Positions 51,990-64,000 of a DNA stretch of 64,000 nt are shown one piece after another; the stretch's first letter is position 1, and every line of letters starts with the position of its first letter. The DNA comes from Oculina patagonica (Eukaryota). The stretch covers positions 15,376,001-15,440,000 of the forward strand of contig NC_135770.1 of assembly GCF_052425735.1 (NCBI RefSeq), given 5' to 3'. Under the pieces are notes generated by a model, which worked only from the letters and a program-made list of their open reading frames with translations, did not search any database and was not told the origin of the DNA. The position numbers were made by a program, and so were the translations under genes.

Positions 51990-53345
51990 AAAAATTACTG
52001 CCAAAGCGAACACAAATATTTGTGTGTTCCGTGTTCCGAAAGCTATACGGGAGACGGCTTTGAAGAAGATCACAGATACAGTCTCCTACGTGAAAATACC
52101 CACACACAAAAAAGAAAGAGCCAGACGCAATACCAACCAATGTTGCGTTTATGTTATTAATTTTCACTTTTCAGTTGATCTCAGGGAGGACCGTTTTAAT
52201 CAACTAGAGAAACTCTTCTTGATCAAATATAAGATCGCAACTCCCAAAGTGAACTTTATGTCATTTTTCAGAGTTGACTGACTGAGCTAGAAATGTTTGA
52301 ATTATTTCATTTTAGATCAAGCAAAATTTTAACTTAACTTATTACTTGTTTGTATCTTTTTCTCTGTCTTTTTCTCCTTTATATTTATTTGCATGTACAA
52401 CCCAGTCAATGCACCCAAAAATTTTAACAACTTAGCCCTTTTTGTTATTTCTATTCTGAGAAGTGTTGTTGCCAATTTAAGTCAATTTTTGTTCATGCTG
52501 TTATTTTTTGCCGTCGTCGTATTAGCTCGATTAAACGCGGGTCACCGATTAAACTCCGGTTTCGTATTTATAAATGCCGGGTCAAAAATGCTAACTTTTA
52601 AATAAACGCCGGGGACGTTTGATCAAGGTCCCGGCGTTTATTTGCAGTCGAGCAAACAAGTAAATATATTCTCTTAAATAGCACTGCTACGACAAACTGG
52701 TACGGTTTGCTTCTTTGGTAATTTTTTTATAATGTTCAAGGAAAGTCCGGCGTAAAATAACTAGGATGGATGCTGTAAACAAAATGAAACAGCAATGTTC
52801 GCGTTCGTGTTGTCATGACTGACGCACTGTTGTTTATAACAGTGAACGTTTATAACTACGGAGGACGTTGGCGACATTGCCGTTTATGGACTCATTGGTT
52901 GTTTATGTTCTGCAGTGCGGTTTGTACAAATCTTGATTGCAACATGCACGTGCCGTATGCAATACTGTTACTTTGGTAAAAATCACCCTCGGAGACCCAA
53001 GAGCAGTTTGTCGGCCGGGACGACAAGAAAAATCGCACTTCGTTAATAAACACCGGACCCCGCCAAGTTTGAAATAAACGCCGGAGGTGTTTGATTTGAG
53101 AAAAAACGGTAAGCAAAATGACTAACCTCCATTCTTTCCTTATTCTTTCGCCTCCTTTCGCTTGCATGTCGTTTGAAGGGAGTTACAGAAGGAGATTTCT
53201 TAAAAATGATTTATATTGCGTCTGGCTTTTTCTATCTTTTGTGGGTATTTCCACGCAGGAGACTGCATCTCTGATCTACTTTGAAGCAGTCTTCCACATA
53301 GTTTTCGGAACACACAAATATTTGTGTCCGCTTTTCAGTAATTGT
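51990..53345. mobile_element. Nested inverted-repeat element inside the left arm of the 7.1 kb element
   Basis: About 52000-52130 is the imperfect reverse complement of about 53213-53345. Contains a further taaacgccgg-type MITE (~52519-53111). Ends are approximate. Confidence 0.6.
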
Positions 53346-55562
53346 TCTTTTAAGTGCGACTTTCTAGAATTATCAACCAGACAGCGGAACAAATGGAATA
53401 AACGATTTCGCTCATATTTTCCCCATAGATAGGTCCTGGTGAGAAACCAAACGGACCATAGCTAGTTTTTCCTAATACAGCTTCCTTTCGCAGAAATATG
53501 CAAAAAATAGATTTTGCCCCAATTGGACTCAAAATCCACTTCCGGTTTGACTGATGTTTTTGAAAGTTTGATCGCCTCGTGCGTTATACAGCAGCTGTTT
53601 ATTGATATTTCAATAATATTTATAATGTAATTAGGTCTTTATTGTATGACTGAGCGAAAAATAAAACAAATCGAGATTAATTTTTAGCCTGAAACGGGGA
53701 TAAATCCAAAGGCAAAATTGGCAAATGAGTAGCGAGCGAAATTATGCAGTAAAACTCGGCCATATTTTTCTATGTGCGGTAACTTAAAATATCGTAAAAA
53801 CAATTTTTATGGGTTAACTAGAGACTTATCTAATAGGATATCTAAAAAAATCTCTGGGGAAAAGGTTTTTAGTGGCCCGCTTTGGCCTGTATTTATCACT
53901 AATTTTGCCGATAATCTGCCGTTTTTGCGTGACAGCAATTGCGTGACAGAGGTAGTAAACAGCGAATGAAATTATCGTTTTCAATACATGTTTGACGCTC
54001 TTGAGACAATTCCGTCAGACAACCCATACAAAGAAACATGTTATATGGTGAACTATTTCAAAAGGTAAAGGCAATATTAGATTTTTTCGCTTCGCCATTT
54101 CTGGAACCTTTGCGTGATCTCTACACGTTCTTGATCACAACATGCTAGATGGTTTAGCTCTGTGTTAATAGTTGTAATAAGCTGTTGATCATTCGATCAT
54201 CCACAAAAACCGGTCGTATAAAGGAAAGCATTCTCAGTTCAATTTTTTTTTACGTAATAACGAGTCAATATTGTTTGGTTTATTTCTTTGCGTGATCTAA
54301 AGGTCTAGTGGAAAGGAAACAACGCAACAATTAAATTATAAGTATTTGTCGAGTGCGACGATGTTGCCGTTTTGTTTGTTGATGCGTTGTTGTTTCCTTT
54401 TTGTCTCAAATTGCCGATATTTTTCCAAATTCATTTTCCTTTAATGAAAAAATATAAAGCACAAGAAATTATTGGGGAGAATTGTATACGGCCAATAGAT
54501 ATCAACATTGAAGGTATTACTGAGGATTTTAAACAATTTTATGGTATAAGACATAAAATATAGCATTGCAGTTCTAAGTTATGTACAAAGTTCTATGTAT
54601 TTTGTGCCCGAATAGTTCGTTTCAAGAAGCTGAAGCTTCGAATATGATTAGCGCCAGATTTTAACGCAATATTTGCATCAGTCCTGAATCCAGTTTCTTT
54701 GCGACCTGCAAATTGTATAATCAAATTATTTTTATTTTGATAACAAGTCCTTATCCAATTCCACACTTCAATCGGTAAACACGACTCTTCGCATTTTGCG
54801 GATAAAACAAGATGAATGCTTGTTGTTCTTTTAAAGTCAGTGCTCCTTTGATCGCAGCGACAGAAATCAGCCTACGGAGAAAGTATCACTATTATCATGC
54901 ACTGGAAATATAGCACAGCACAAGTCACTCTGGGAGTTTCATAATATGCATGGAGAGCGAAGAAGAGTTGATTCTTGCTCGAGCTACGATTTTTTACTCT
55001 CCTCAAAGTGTCGACGTAATGACTGATAAACCCATGGTCTCGGCTGGACAAGAGGAACCTAGAGATGTAGGGTCCCTCAAGAGATACCAAAGCATAAAAT
55101 CGTCAGAGGAAAATGTCCGAATGCCGATGGAAGCTTAAGGGATAAACAAAATCTTCTCCAAGTTAATCATGAAAAGAACGGGACATTTGGGCCCGTTGGA
55201 TCAGGTAGATATTGACGTCTCACTCGCTTCTTGTCTGAATGCAGGCATTTCGACATACAAGTACGTCTGACAGTTTTCCTTCTGTTTCCATAAGGTATGT
55301 GCAGATCACGCAGGGAAATTTTTGTGTTCAATTTCCGAAGAAGAGAAGCTGTCAAAATTAGCAGCAGAGAACCTGCCTCCACTTGTCGTCGTAAATAACG
55401 AGGAGAAAGTAGTTGTGAGTCAAATGAAAGAATTGAAATTCAGGATTAAAAAAAAGGGAAATAATAGGCCTTTTCTAAAAAAAAAGTAATTCCATACTGG
55501 TCTTAGCGAGTGTAAAGCTGCTTTATTTTGGACAATGGAAACATAACAGACATGCACAGCAC

Positions 55563-56068
55563 CTCGAGGGGGTGGGGGGGGGGGGGGGGGAGGGTACTTG
55601 GGATTTCAAGTAACGGGGATAATGGAACCCCTAAAAACCCCGAGGGGTTCCAACAACACTCTTAAAAAATACCTGGACAAAAGAAATTTACCCCAAAAGC
55701 ATCTCATGCCGAATTTCTGTCCATTAGATTTCCAGAAAAAAGGGGCAATGATAGTAACACAAAGAAAAAATGGAAACTCAGGGGGAACGCTCGAGTTTAT
55801 ATGCAAAGCAAAGGACTGGAACACCATTGTTCAAGGTATATCATCAGTGAAAAACGTTTGTTTGTACTTTATTCGCGAAACTATACAACCAATCACGAAT
55901 GTTTAGATTGTTTTTTATTCCCCCAAAAATCCCTTCTTTATTCAGAACGCCCATAAAATATTTTTAAAAATTTTCCTAGACAAATAATTTCCAGAATTAA
56001 AAATTTTTAAGCCCAAAAAAATACTTCCATCATTTCTGTCACCTGAAATCCCGAGTGCCTCCCTCGGG
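55563..56068. mobile_element. MITE with 8-bp TSD
   Basis: TSD CACAGCAC (55555-55562, 56069-56076); ends CTCGAGGG..TACTTGGGATTTCAAGT / ACCTGAAATCCCGAGTGCCTCCCTCGGG. Confidence 0.7.
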
Positions 56069-59000
56069 CACAGCACAGGGATCCTTTAACAAATTTCTGA
56101 GAAATGCTCCAGTGACACTTGATGTAAAATGTTATTGTAAGCCCTCGTTATGGGTTCAGCGATAAGCCCCCTCCTCTCCCTACTCCTTTCAGTTTTCTTA
56201 TCTTCCACAGTCGTTACCTTAACCCCAGCCGGCTCCTGTTATTTTTAGTGCAAAATTTCAAGCTTCGCCCTTAAAAACAGGCTTAGAGCGTTGAGTGACG
56301 TTTCACATTGAAAAATCACCCTCATGCAACTGGAACCGTCATCTATAGGCAGCAAAAGGGGAACAAAAGGGACAGGGCAAAGGAGCGGCGAAGAAGGCAG
56401 GATTTTGAATATCCTTTCCTATAAGAGGGGTGAGAGGCGGAGTCTAGTTGGTACTGCTTAAAAAAAAAAAGAAAAAAAAGAAACTAGCACGTCCTCTCTG
56501 CCCTGTCTCTGCTAAATCAACCAGTAAAGGAACATGTCTACAAATGTAATGCGTTTTGTACTTGAAATACTTATTTGGCAATAATCAGCGATAGCGGCGG
56601 CGCTTCCCATGTTACGATAACCCGCAAAAAGCCTTCCACAGATAATCATGAGTGAAAACCTGCAAACAAGTCGTCTGCTCTCCATCCAATATTTGAGCAT
56701 TGACAAATTCGTTATACCAGCATTTGGTGGAGACGATCATGTTTATTTAAGTAAGAGCAGTCATCGCATAAATTACATACATGTACGTTGTTGAAAAATT
56801 TTAAAATTCCACCCTGCAAGCTCCCCTTCCCCCCTCCCCAACCTTCTCAACCTCCCTTCCAGCCTTTGATTTGCCGCAGTCAGTTGTTGCAATAGTCTCA
56901 CCTCGTTTTGCCCATTTTTAGTGGCCCAAACAAAACTATAGCTCTCTATAAAGAGGATAAGATTTTTTGGCAAGCTTTACATTGAAAACAATTGCCTTAT
57001 CGGCTTATGCAACTGAAACCACCATCAGTGGACAGCAGGAGGGGAGGTGGGCATTCGCCTTTCGTTTCCTTAAAATGGAGTCGGAGGTGGAGTCTAGTCT
57101 GCACTGATTTTAGTACAAAATAGTCAGTTTTGTAACAAAAGAGGAAGAACTGGTCATCTCCGCTGGATTCACCAGTAGACCGACTTTCATGTTTACCGAT
57201 TTAACTTAAATATATTTGAAAATACTAACTTTCAGCGAACTGTACTAGAACAGAAATAACACAAGATCTAAAAACCCATAGCTAATACCCTACAATGATC
57301 ATGAATAAACGAACGTTGTGAAAGTAGGGGCATTTTTCAATGTGAACCTTGTATGCCTATTCGTTGTTTTGAGGATTATCTTATGAAATATAAAAGAAAC
57401 GACAATTATTTCCCGTGTAGCAGAGTGCCCAGTCACACTCCGTCATGATGGGTGCATGAAAAATAAAGATCTTATAACTGAGCACTTTTGAATTCTTCTG
57501 AATTGTCTTATTAACGGTAGATACACTTTCAGTGTTTAAGAGCAGACAAAACATGGTACATTAATTTGCCTTGTTTTTAATTTCAGCTGAAGAGTAGTAA
57601 ACAGCACAGCCAGCTCGCGGGAAAAGCAACACCTCAATGATAGGTTAAACATATGTACATTATAGGGTAATATAGCAAGAAAAGGTTTTACTTTAAGAAC
57701 CCATTTTCAATCGGCATGTGACATCTACTCCTTTTCGTGTATTTTAAATGATTAGATTATTTAAAATACAGAAATTGTGAAACTGTTTACGGGTATTGTG
57801 ACAAGCCGTGTCACGCAATTGTTTACATTTTAGCTGATTTACGGCAAAATTAGTGATAATCAAAGGCCGAAGCGGGCCACTAAAAACCTTTTCCCCAGAG
57901 ATTTTTTTGCATATCCTATTAGATAAGTCTCTAGTTAACCCATAAAAATTGTTTTAACGATATTTTAAGTTATCGCACATAGAAAAATATGGCAGAGTTT
58001 TACTGCATAATTTCGCTCGCTACTCATTTGCCAATTTTGCCTTTGGATTTATCCCCGTTTCAGGCTAAAAATTAATCTCGATTTGTTTTATTTTTCGCTC
58101 AGTCATACGATAAAGACCTAATTACATTATAAATATTATTGAAATATCAATAAACAGCTGCTGTATAATGCGCGAAGCGATCAAACTTTCAATAAAATCA
58201 GTCAAACCGGAAGTGGATTTTGAGTCCAATTGGGGCAAAATCTTTTTTTGCATATTTCTGCGAAAGGAAGCTGTATTAGGAAAAACTAACTGCAGTCCGT
58301 TTGGTTTCTCGCTAGGACCTATCTATGGGCAAAATATGAGCGAAATCGATTTTTCCAATTTGTGCCGAAGAAAGGCGATATTAGTTGATTTTTGGAGAAA
58401 GTCGCACTTAAATATCGGAAGACGGTGAAAATAAACACCTCTTTTTGTATTTCTTGGAGCTCTGTGTGAGCAAAATGGTGCTGCACAAACAAGCATTTTG
58501 ACAAACAAAAGCCACTACAAAGAAATAAGGAGTTTCGAGTACAGTCTGTATTTAAATTTCCGCGCCAAACTTCAGGCTGAGCTCTTTGACGTCACGCATA
58601 CATTACCAGCTCCAAGATGGCGGCGTTCAGTTGTCGAGTTTTGGGCTACTTCAAAGAAAGATTTCGTAGGGTTATAGCGCACGTTGGAGGCTGAAATTTT
58701 GGTGAATAACGTATCTTTGTATAAACTTTTTATTGACGTAAAGAAAAAAATGGCCATTCTGGAGTGAACTTCTCCTTTAATACAAAAGTATTCTGATTGC
58801 TCGATTAGAATTACTATACCTCTGAATTCCCATTGGAGTGTAAACTCAATCTTGCCGCGCCCAGTTCCCGCTCGTCCAGGGAGATGTGGGCTCTAGTCGG
58901 CGAAAACAATAAAGGTTTCTGTCGGAAAGAGCGGCCGTTCGTGAGCAACCGAAAAGGGCAAAAACGCATTTCTTAGCCAAAACTGTTATGCAGCTTTGAG

Positions 59001-60922
59001 GGCCAAATATTGTGTCGTCTTTCTCTCGCAGCCGGGCGGGTGCGAAGCCTTTCTTTCTAAATTTGGTCTATCCTTACTGCACGTCAACAATTCTAAAAAT
59101 ACCATGATGAATTCGAGGGCAGGGCTAAAAATAGGTGGTGTGTGGGTGTGCGAATACAGCCGCCTCTCACGCTCCGATCCGCTTGTTGCGCTCGGAGCAA
59201 GCGAATCGGAGCGTGAGAGGCGGCTGTATTCGCAGGCTATAGGATTAACCGTTTTAGATTGGTTGGGTTGTTTTGTGTTTTATTGGAAAAACTCGCTTTT
59301 GGTTAGTTTGGTTGATCAACTTTCAAGCGGCATCAAACTAGGTTGAAATTCACCAATAGAACACTTTTTAAATAACGTTTGGTTAAAATAGTTGACGGAT
59401 ATTTGACAATCCAATTAGCCGAAAATGATTATTCCCAATAGAGCACGAATAAAAACTAAACCAACTAAACAGACAATCACGTCAATAGAACACGAGTGAA
59501 CGGTTATCAATCGAGGGAGGCACCAACAGCCAAAACTGGTGACGGTTGAAATTGAACACGACCCAAGCGTATCAATAGTTTAGTAGAATCCTAACTTAAT
59601 TTGCTTTACATAACGAATTCCAAATATTTCTCGGCATTTTTAGTAGTATAAACCTTCATGCTCAAGTGTAGCAAAGTCCCAAGCGGACTGAATTATCATT
59701 TGAAATTCTGGCAGCTGTGTACACGAGTTTAATTATCAGTTGGTTTCGAGTTTTTGAAGTCACGAAACAGAGTATCTGTCCATCCTTTAGTTTTCTCAGG
59801 AATCGAATTATAAAGTTCTTTTGTTTCTAAATCTTCCTGCGAAACTTCAGAGAAACGAGAAAAAATAATCATTTTGTGGACGAACTACAGCCAGGCAATA
59901 AACAAGAAAATATATCTGGCTCCTGGGAATATTTAATTTCGAGCTCGTGACTCAACCAGTAGCTCATAAAGCCGGTCAATTTCCAAGGAAACATGATCAT
60001 TTATTACAAAGGAAGGAGGAATATTGTTTATGTGTTATTAATAGGAAACATGAGAGAAAATGCACTGAAAAAATTCAAAGATTCAAGGAAACTTGTACTC
60101 CAAGGCCGTCATTAAAATCCTTATTCTTGTTCAAAACCTGAATATGCCGACATAAAATGACTTGGCATAATTGACATAACAAAGCTATTCTATTCACTAA
60201 GTGCATCTTAAATTGATTATGGGACGAGAGTGTGGCTTGCGCTCACGTTTTTAACCCTCAGGTTAACCTCGTCAGTAAGGAAACATTTGTTTTTCGATGT
60301 TTTGTTCCTGAACACGCGATGTTACGTGTTCTTTGATGGACTTCGAGCAATGTACAACGGCAAACTTGGGCGTTTAAATTGAAACTACTTTATTTTTCGC
60401 GAAGCAGACTCTTGCTTCGTACTGCACAAAAAAGGACGATGCCGTCCACAGCTTCTTGAACGGTTTAGGGCGTGGTAACTTCATTCTTGTTTGGGAAGCC
60501 TTTTACAGACAATATAAAAATGCCAGTAAAACCTCCGATCAAAACTAATTTTGAATTTAGGTCGAAGTACAAGATATCATCATCAGAGCATGATTGAGTT
60601 GCCGTGTGTGAGAATAGGCTGGCAATTCTATTTTTCATCACATTAAAGATATAAACAATAAATTTAGCAACTGTGCAAATACTCTCCACTCTCGATCCAT
60701 AAAATACGCTTCATCATCGATCAAAACTCGGACTAAACGGATAGCTGATACTCTGTCTGACCACTTTAAAATTAAGTCGCTTTTAAAATGTTGTTGATCT
60801 TTCAACAGCTGTATCAGAGCGCTGCACGGCATGAAACAATATAAACAGATGCAGAATAGAATCTACTTCACTTCTTCAGTGTTGTGAAGAACTCCATGTA
60901 GTTTCTGAAGAACTGCGTCAAG

Positions 60923-63823
60923 ATGAAGATCATTTTCTTTCTCGTTGCTGTTGCTCTGTTTATTAGCATTCCTAACACCAATGCCTCAAGCTCTGCAAAC
61001 CAGTCCGTACCATGCTCTAGTAAGTAACCTTTTGTGAGAATGCCGACATCGTTTTTTCAAACCAGTTTATCTGAGAAGAACAAATTTACAAGTTTGTTGA
61101 TCAAATCAAACATTTATACAAATGCGAAACGGAGCTAAGGAACTGAAACGCAAAGAAATTGCGGTTTTATATGTTGAAGGCAAATTAAACATGCAGTTCA
61201 GAGAGAGATCGACTCGCATGAGATGCAACCTGCGCACGATCGAGAGGATAGTGACAAGAATAATGATAATACACGTGTCTGAAGAGAATTAACTCAGCGA
61301 AATAACATTTACATTGGAATTCGGGAACTTTTCATTATAATCCCAGTAGAAAAACTCAACTAATTTTACTTTCAATCTCAGTGTAATCTTCCTGCTGATA
61401 GTTCTAGAACAAGGAGGGTCGTGGGTTTGAATTCCTATCTGGTTCTCAGATTTTTTTCTGGGTATCTTTATGGTTGATTCTTGTACAATTTCTTATTATT
61501 TCTAATCAGTTTAATCTTATACGGATTTTTCAGACTTTCCTCGCAAGTTAAACGGAACAGTAATTGTGGTAAGTTTCCTAAAAAACTAGGTATTGGTTTT
61601 TTGTTTAAATGGGAAACATCGAATTCGTTAATTTTTGTTTGAAAATAGTTGGCGGGTTGGGGTCCACATGTCGGTAGTCAGTTATAGTTTTGTTACTTTG
61701 TTGCGGTTGTCAGTTATATTATTCGCCCTTTACCGCTAGTCCGTTAAACCCACTCAGATCCTGGTTCATGCAAACGGTCCGCTAGATATAATGATAGGAT
61801 GGAAATGGACATCAGTCAAATCCCTTGGTGGGAGATTCTTATCAAACAAACTTTAAATGCAGGGCTGATCAAACAGCTAGGGACTGATTATATAAATTTA
61901 TTTTGGCCTAATATTTCGGTTGAACAAAACCAACCTTCATCGGGGGCATAAAATGCTAAGTGATGAAGGTTGGTTTTGTTCAACCGAAATATTGGGCCAA
62001 AATAAATTTATAACATCAGTCCCTAGCTGTTTGATCAGCCCTGCATTTAAAGTTTGTTTATCTACTACTGATCCTGATCTACACCAAGATCCGGCTACAA
62101 TTTGCTCCTGTTTGTCAGAGTGATCCTTGCATAGTTACAGAAGTCACTAGATTCTTATCAACCAAGCGCGAGGCCATACTAAAAGAGTATCGTCAGAGGT
62201 CTTTCTGGTACGGACCAAGCAAAGTTTGCTATTGTAAAATTTTTTCTGCTGATCGCTCATCGGTCGATCAATCGATTGGTATAGTTCTCTTATTTCCTGC
62301 TGTTATATCCTAAAATAACTCCGTGTGTTACTGTAAAAAAGAAGCGACAAGGAAAGATGCTTTTCAAAAAACTTACCACGTGCAGATTGGCAACATCAAA
62401 GTTCTCTGTTAACAATAATTTTCATTTATTGTACCTTCTGCTGAAGGAAGTAAAAAGCCAACTCATTTTTACTCATCTCCTGAGACTGACTTGCAAATTG
62501 CAAATGACATCTTAACGTTAAAATATTAGCCATTTCTTACAGCCTGTATAGAAATATCACAAAACGCTTGTGCCGGATAACATGAACTAGCAAGCATGCA
62601 TACATGTAGTCACCTAGTATATTAACAGCATTGTAGAAAGTAAAGTGATGTCCAAGTATGATCTTCATCCCTCATTTTAGGCTACAGCGTTGGACTCAGG
62701 ATCCAGCCTTACAATGCGCTTGTTTTTCAACATGGACTTGGATATTCAACTTGTTCATGTGAAAGGACACTTTTCAGTCACCATGATAGTGGATCTTAAG
62801 AAGGTAAAAGTAACATTAGAAAATGCGTATAAAACAGGGTATAAAAGAAATCAGTAATGGAGGTTAAAGATGAAATCCAACAAACCCCAGTAAGGTTCTT
62901 GCGATCTTAAAAATATCTCATTTACACCTGAATGCCGTTTTTAATTGTTGCTGAAGAAGGTAACAGTATTTTAACCAAAACATCCCATTTTATAATTTCT
63001 TAAATCAGTGACAACAAATTTCAAGTTTACGCAATACCCTTTACTCGTGAAGTTCAGAATTCACACAAATTGTCAATAATTGGTCGGTAAAAACGACTGT
63101 TGACTTTTAATTGATTTCTGTAATTTATTAAGAGTCGATCACCTGATCCTGTGATTTGGAAATCTTTTCCCCAAATAAGGGTCTGGGCGCACGGAGGTAT
63201 TATGGAGAGTCTGGTGGATTTGGATCAAGATTTTCATGTTCAAACCTGACCGGGGTCCAACACAATTCACTCTTACAGCACCTCTCTCGATACAGTGTTA
63301 GGGCAACCAATCTTATCATTTGACAGTAAAGGCAAAACCTACCTTCAGTTCAAGGAACTTCTGGAGTGTTTGTCTTTGCAACTCTGGAAGCAGGGTCCAA
63401 TAAAGGTGATCAAGGGGGAGGAGGGGGAGGGGGGGGTGGAACGTAGCCCGGGTGCCCCAATATTATTTTGCTGCAAAGCGTGGAGCCCCGAAAAAAATTG
63501 TTACAGAGCCGGAGTCCTGTTTTTAAGGGGCCAGGAGCTGACCCCTAAACCTGACAAATAGCATGCTAGACAGGAAGCTAGGCTCGTCGCGCAATCTTTC
63601 GGGCCCAGAGAACGTCTTGCCGGATAGGAAGCCGGCTATGAAGTACCTTATTTAAAAATAGTTTCTCAACAGGAAAAGCTTTACCTCACTTGGTTTGGAA
63701 GTTGTCACGCTATAGATGTTAAAATCCCGAAGAATTGGAACATGAAATTGGAAGCTTCTGGTGTGCTTGGAATGAAGGGAACCTCAGTGGACTTGTACTC
63801 TTACTACTACATACCACTCAAAG
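60923..63823 (+). CDS. Ependymin-related protein paralog 2, partial; exons 60923-61019, 61534-61568, 62681-62803, 63673-63823 (remaining exons beyond the window)
   Basis: Duplicate of 43202-47458 with intact splice sites and open frame. Exon 3 is 12 nt shorter and exon 4 is 15 nt shorter, both in frame. Confidence 0.82.
61846..62148. mobile_element. Palindromic insertion, probably an inverted Penelope-like pseudo-LTR remnant
   Basis: 13-bp TSD AGATTCTTATCAA (61833-61845, 62149-62161); single copy at the empty site 44131-44143; ~98-bp inverted arms 61844-61941 / 61962-62059. Confidence 0.8.
61955..61997 (+). ncRNA. Minimal hammerhead ribozyme-like motif, degenerate (mirror copy on minus strand 61906-61947)
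   Basis: gTGATGA-a-GGTTG(gttttgtt)CAACC-GAAA-TATT-GGGC. The mirror copy reads GCCC-CcGATGA-a-GGTTG..CAACC-GAAA-TATT-aGGC. Confidence 0.5.
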
Positions 63824-64000
63824 GTGAGGATTGCAGTCTGGGAATTTTTTCCCAGCATTCAGAAACTTACAGTTTTTTTCCCAGCATTCAGAAACTTACG
63901 GTTTAGAAACATCCCGCAGGAAATTTCGGGCTCAGTTGGTAACAGAAATAGGGAATAGGTAATTGCTTGTGTTTATTGACGTATTTTAAATAAAAGCGAC

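Larger units (their letters stand above)
51636..58776. mobile_element. 7141-bp TTAA-targeting non-autonomous DNA transposon (Kolobok/T2-like termini) with ~1 kb imperfect TIRs
   Basis: Termini AGGAGAAGTTCACTCCAGAATGGCCATTT; TTAA at 51632-51635 and 58777-58780; empty TTAA site in copy 1 at 41014-41017. Right arm ~57809-58776 mirrors 51636-51910 plus ~53350-53948. Confidence 0.92.
50551..64000 (+). repeat. Tandem segmental duplication, unit 2 (runs off the window)
   Basis: Begins caaaaaaagcacgggtcgtcgg as at 39929 and is collinear to the window end. Confidence 0.92.

Noticed and set aside
54950-55138. MESEEELILARATIF.. as the transposase of the 7.1 kb element
   Set aside because: Short, with no catalytic motif; it may be a coding relic but cannot be assigned without a search.

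Overview
Intron-rich, transposon-dense animal genomic DNA. The repeat families suggest a cnidarian, probably a stony coral (inference). Genes: a complete 8-exon cytosolic malate dehydrogenase (MDH1, 30584-39050), two tandem 3-coding-exon XK-related scramblase genes (20909-23696, 27373-29143), a 3-exon minus-strand gene of unknown function (12965-17038), and two tandem copies of a multi-exon secreted ependymin-related gene that the ORF track shows only as fragments (43202-47458; 60923 to beyond the window end) inside a ~10.6 kb tandem duplication. Mobile DNA includes a near full-length RTE LINE split by a 5-bp-TSD hAT derivative, two TTAA-targeting Kolobok-like elements, nested Harbinger, AcademH-like, hAT and mariner-type MITEs, SINEs, and CR1/L2 and Penelope fragments. 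Top observation: the MDH1 stop is TGA-CTAG, followed in frame by L-A-L-S-H-L-stop. This looks like programmed stop-codon readthrough adding a PTS1 peroxisomal signal, as in vertebrate MDH1x but with a much shorter extension. Also notable: C-terminal caspase-type sites in both XKR paralogs, focal diversification of the ependymin paralogs, and an intronic palindromic insertion with two minimal-hammerhead-like motifs.
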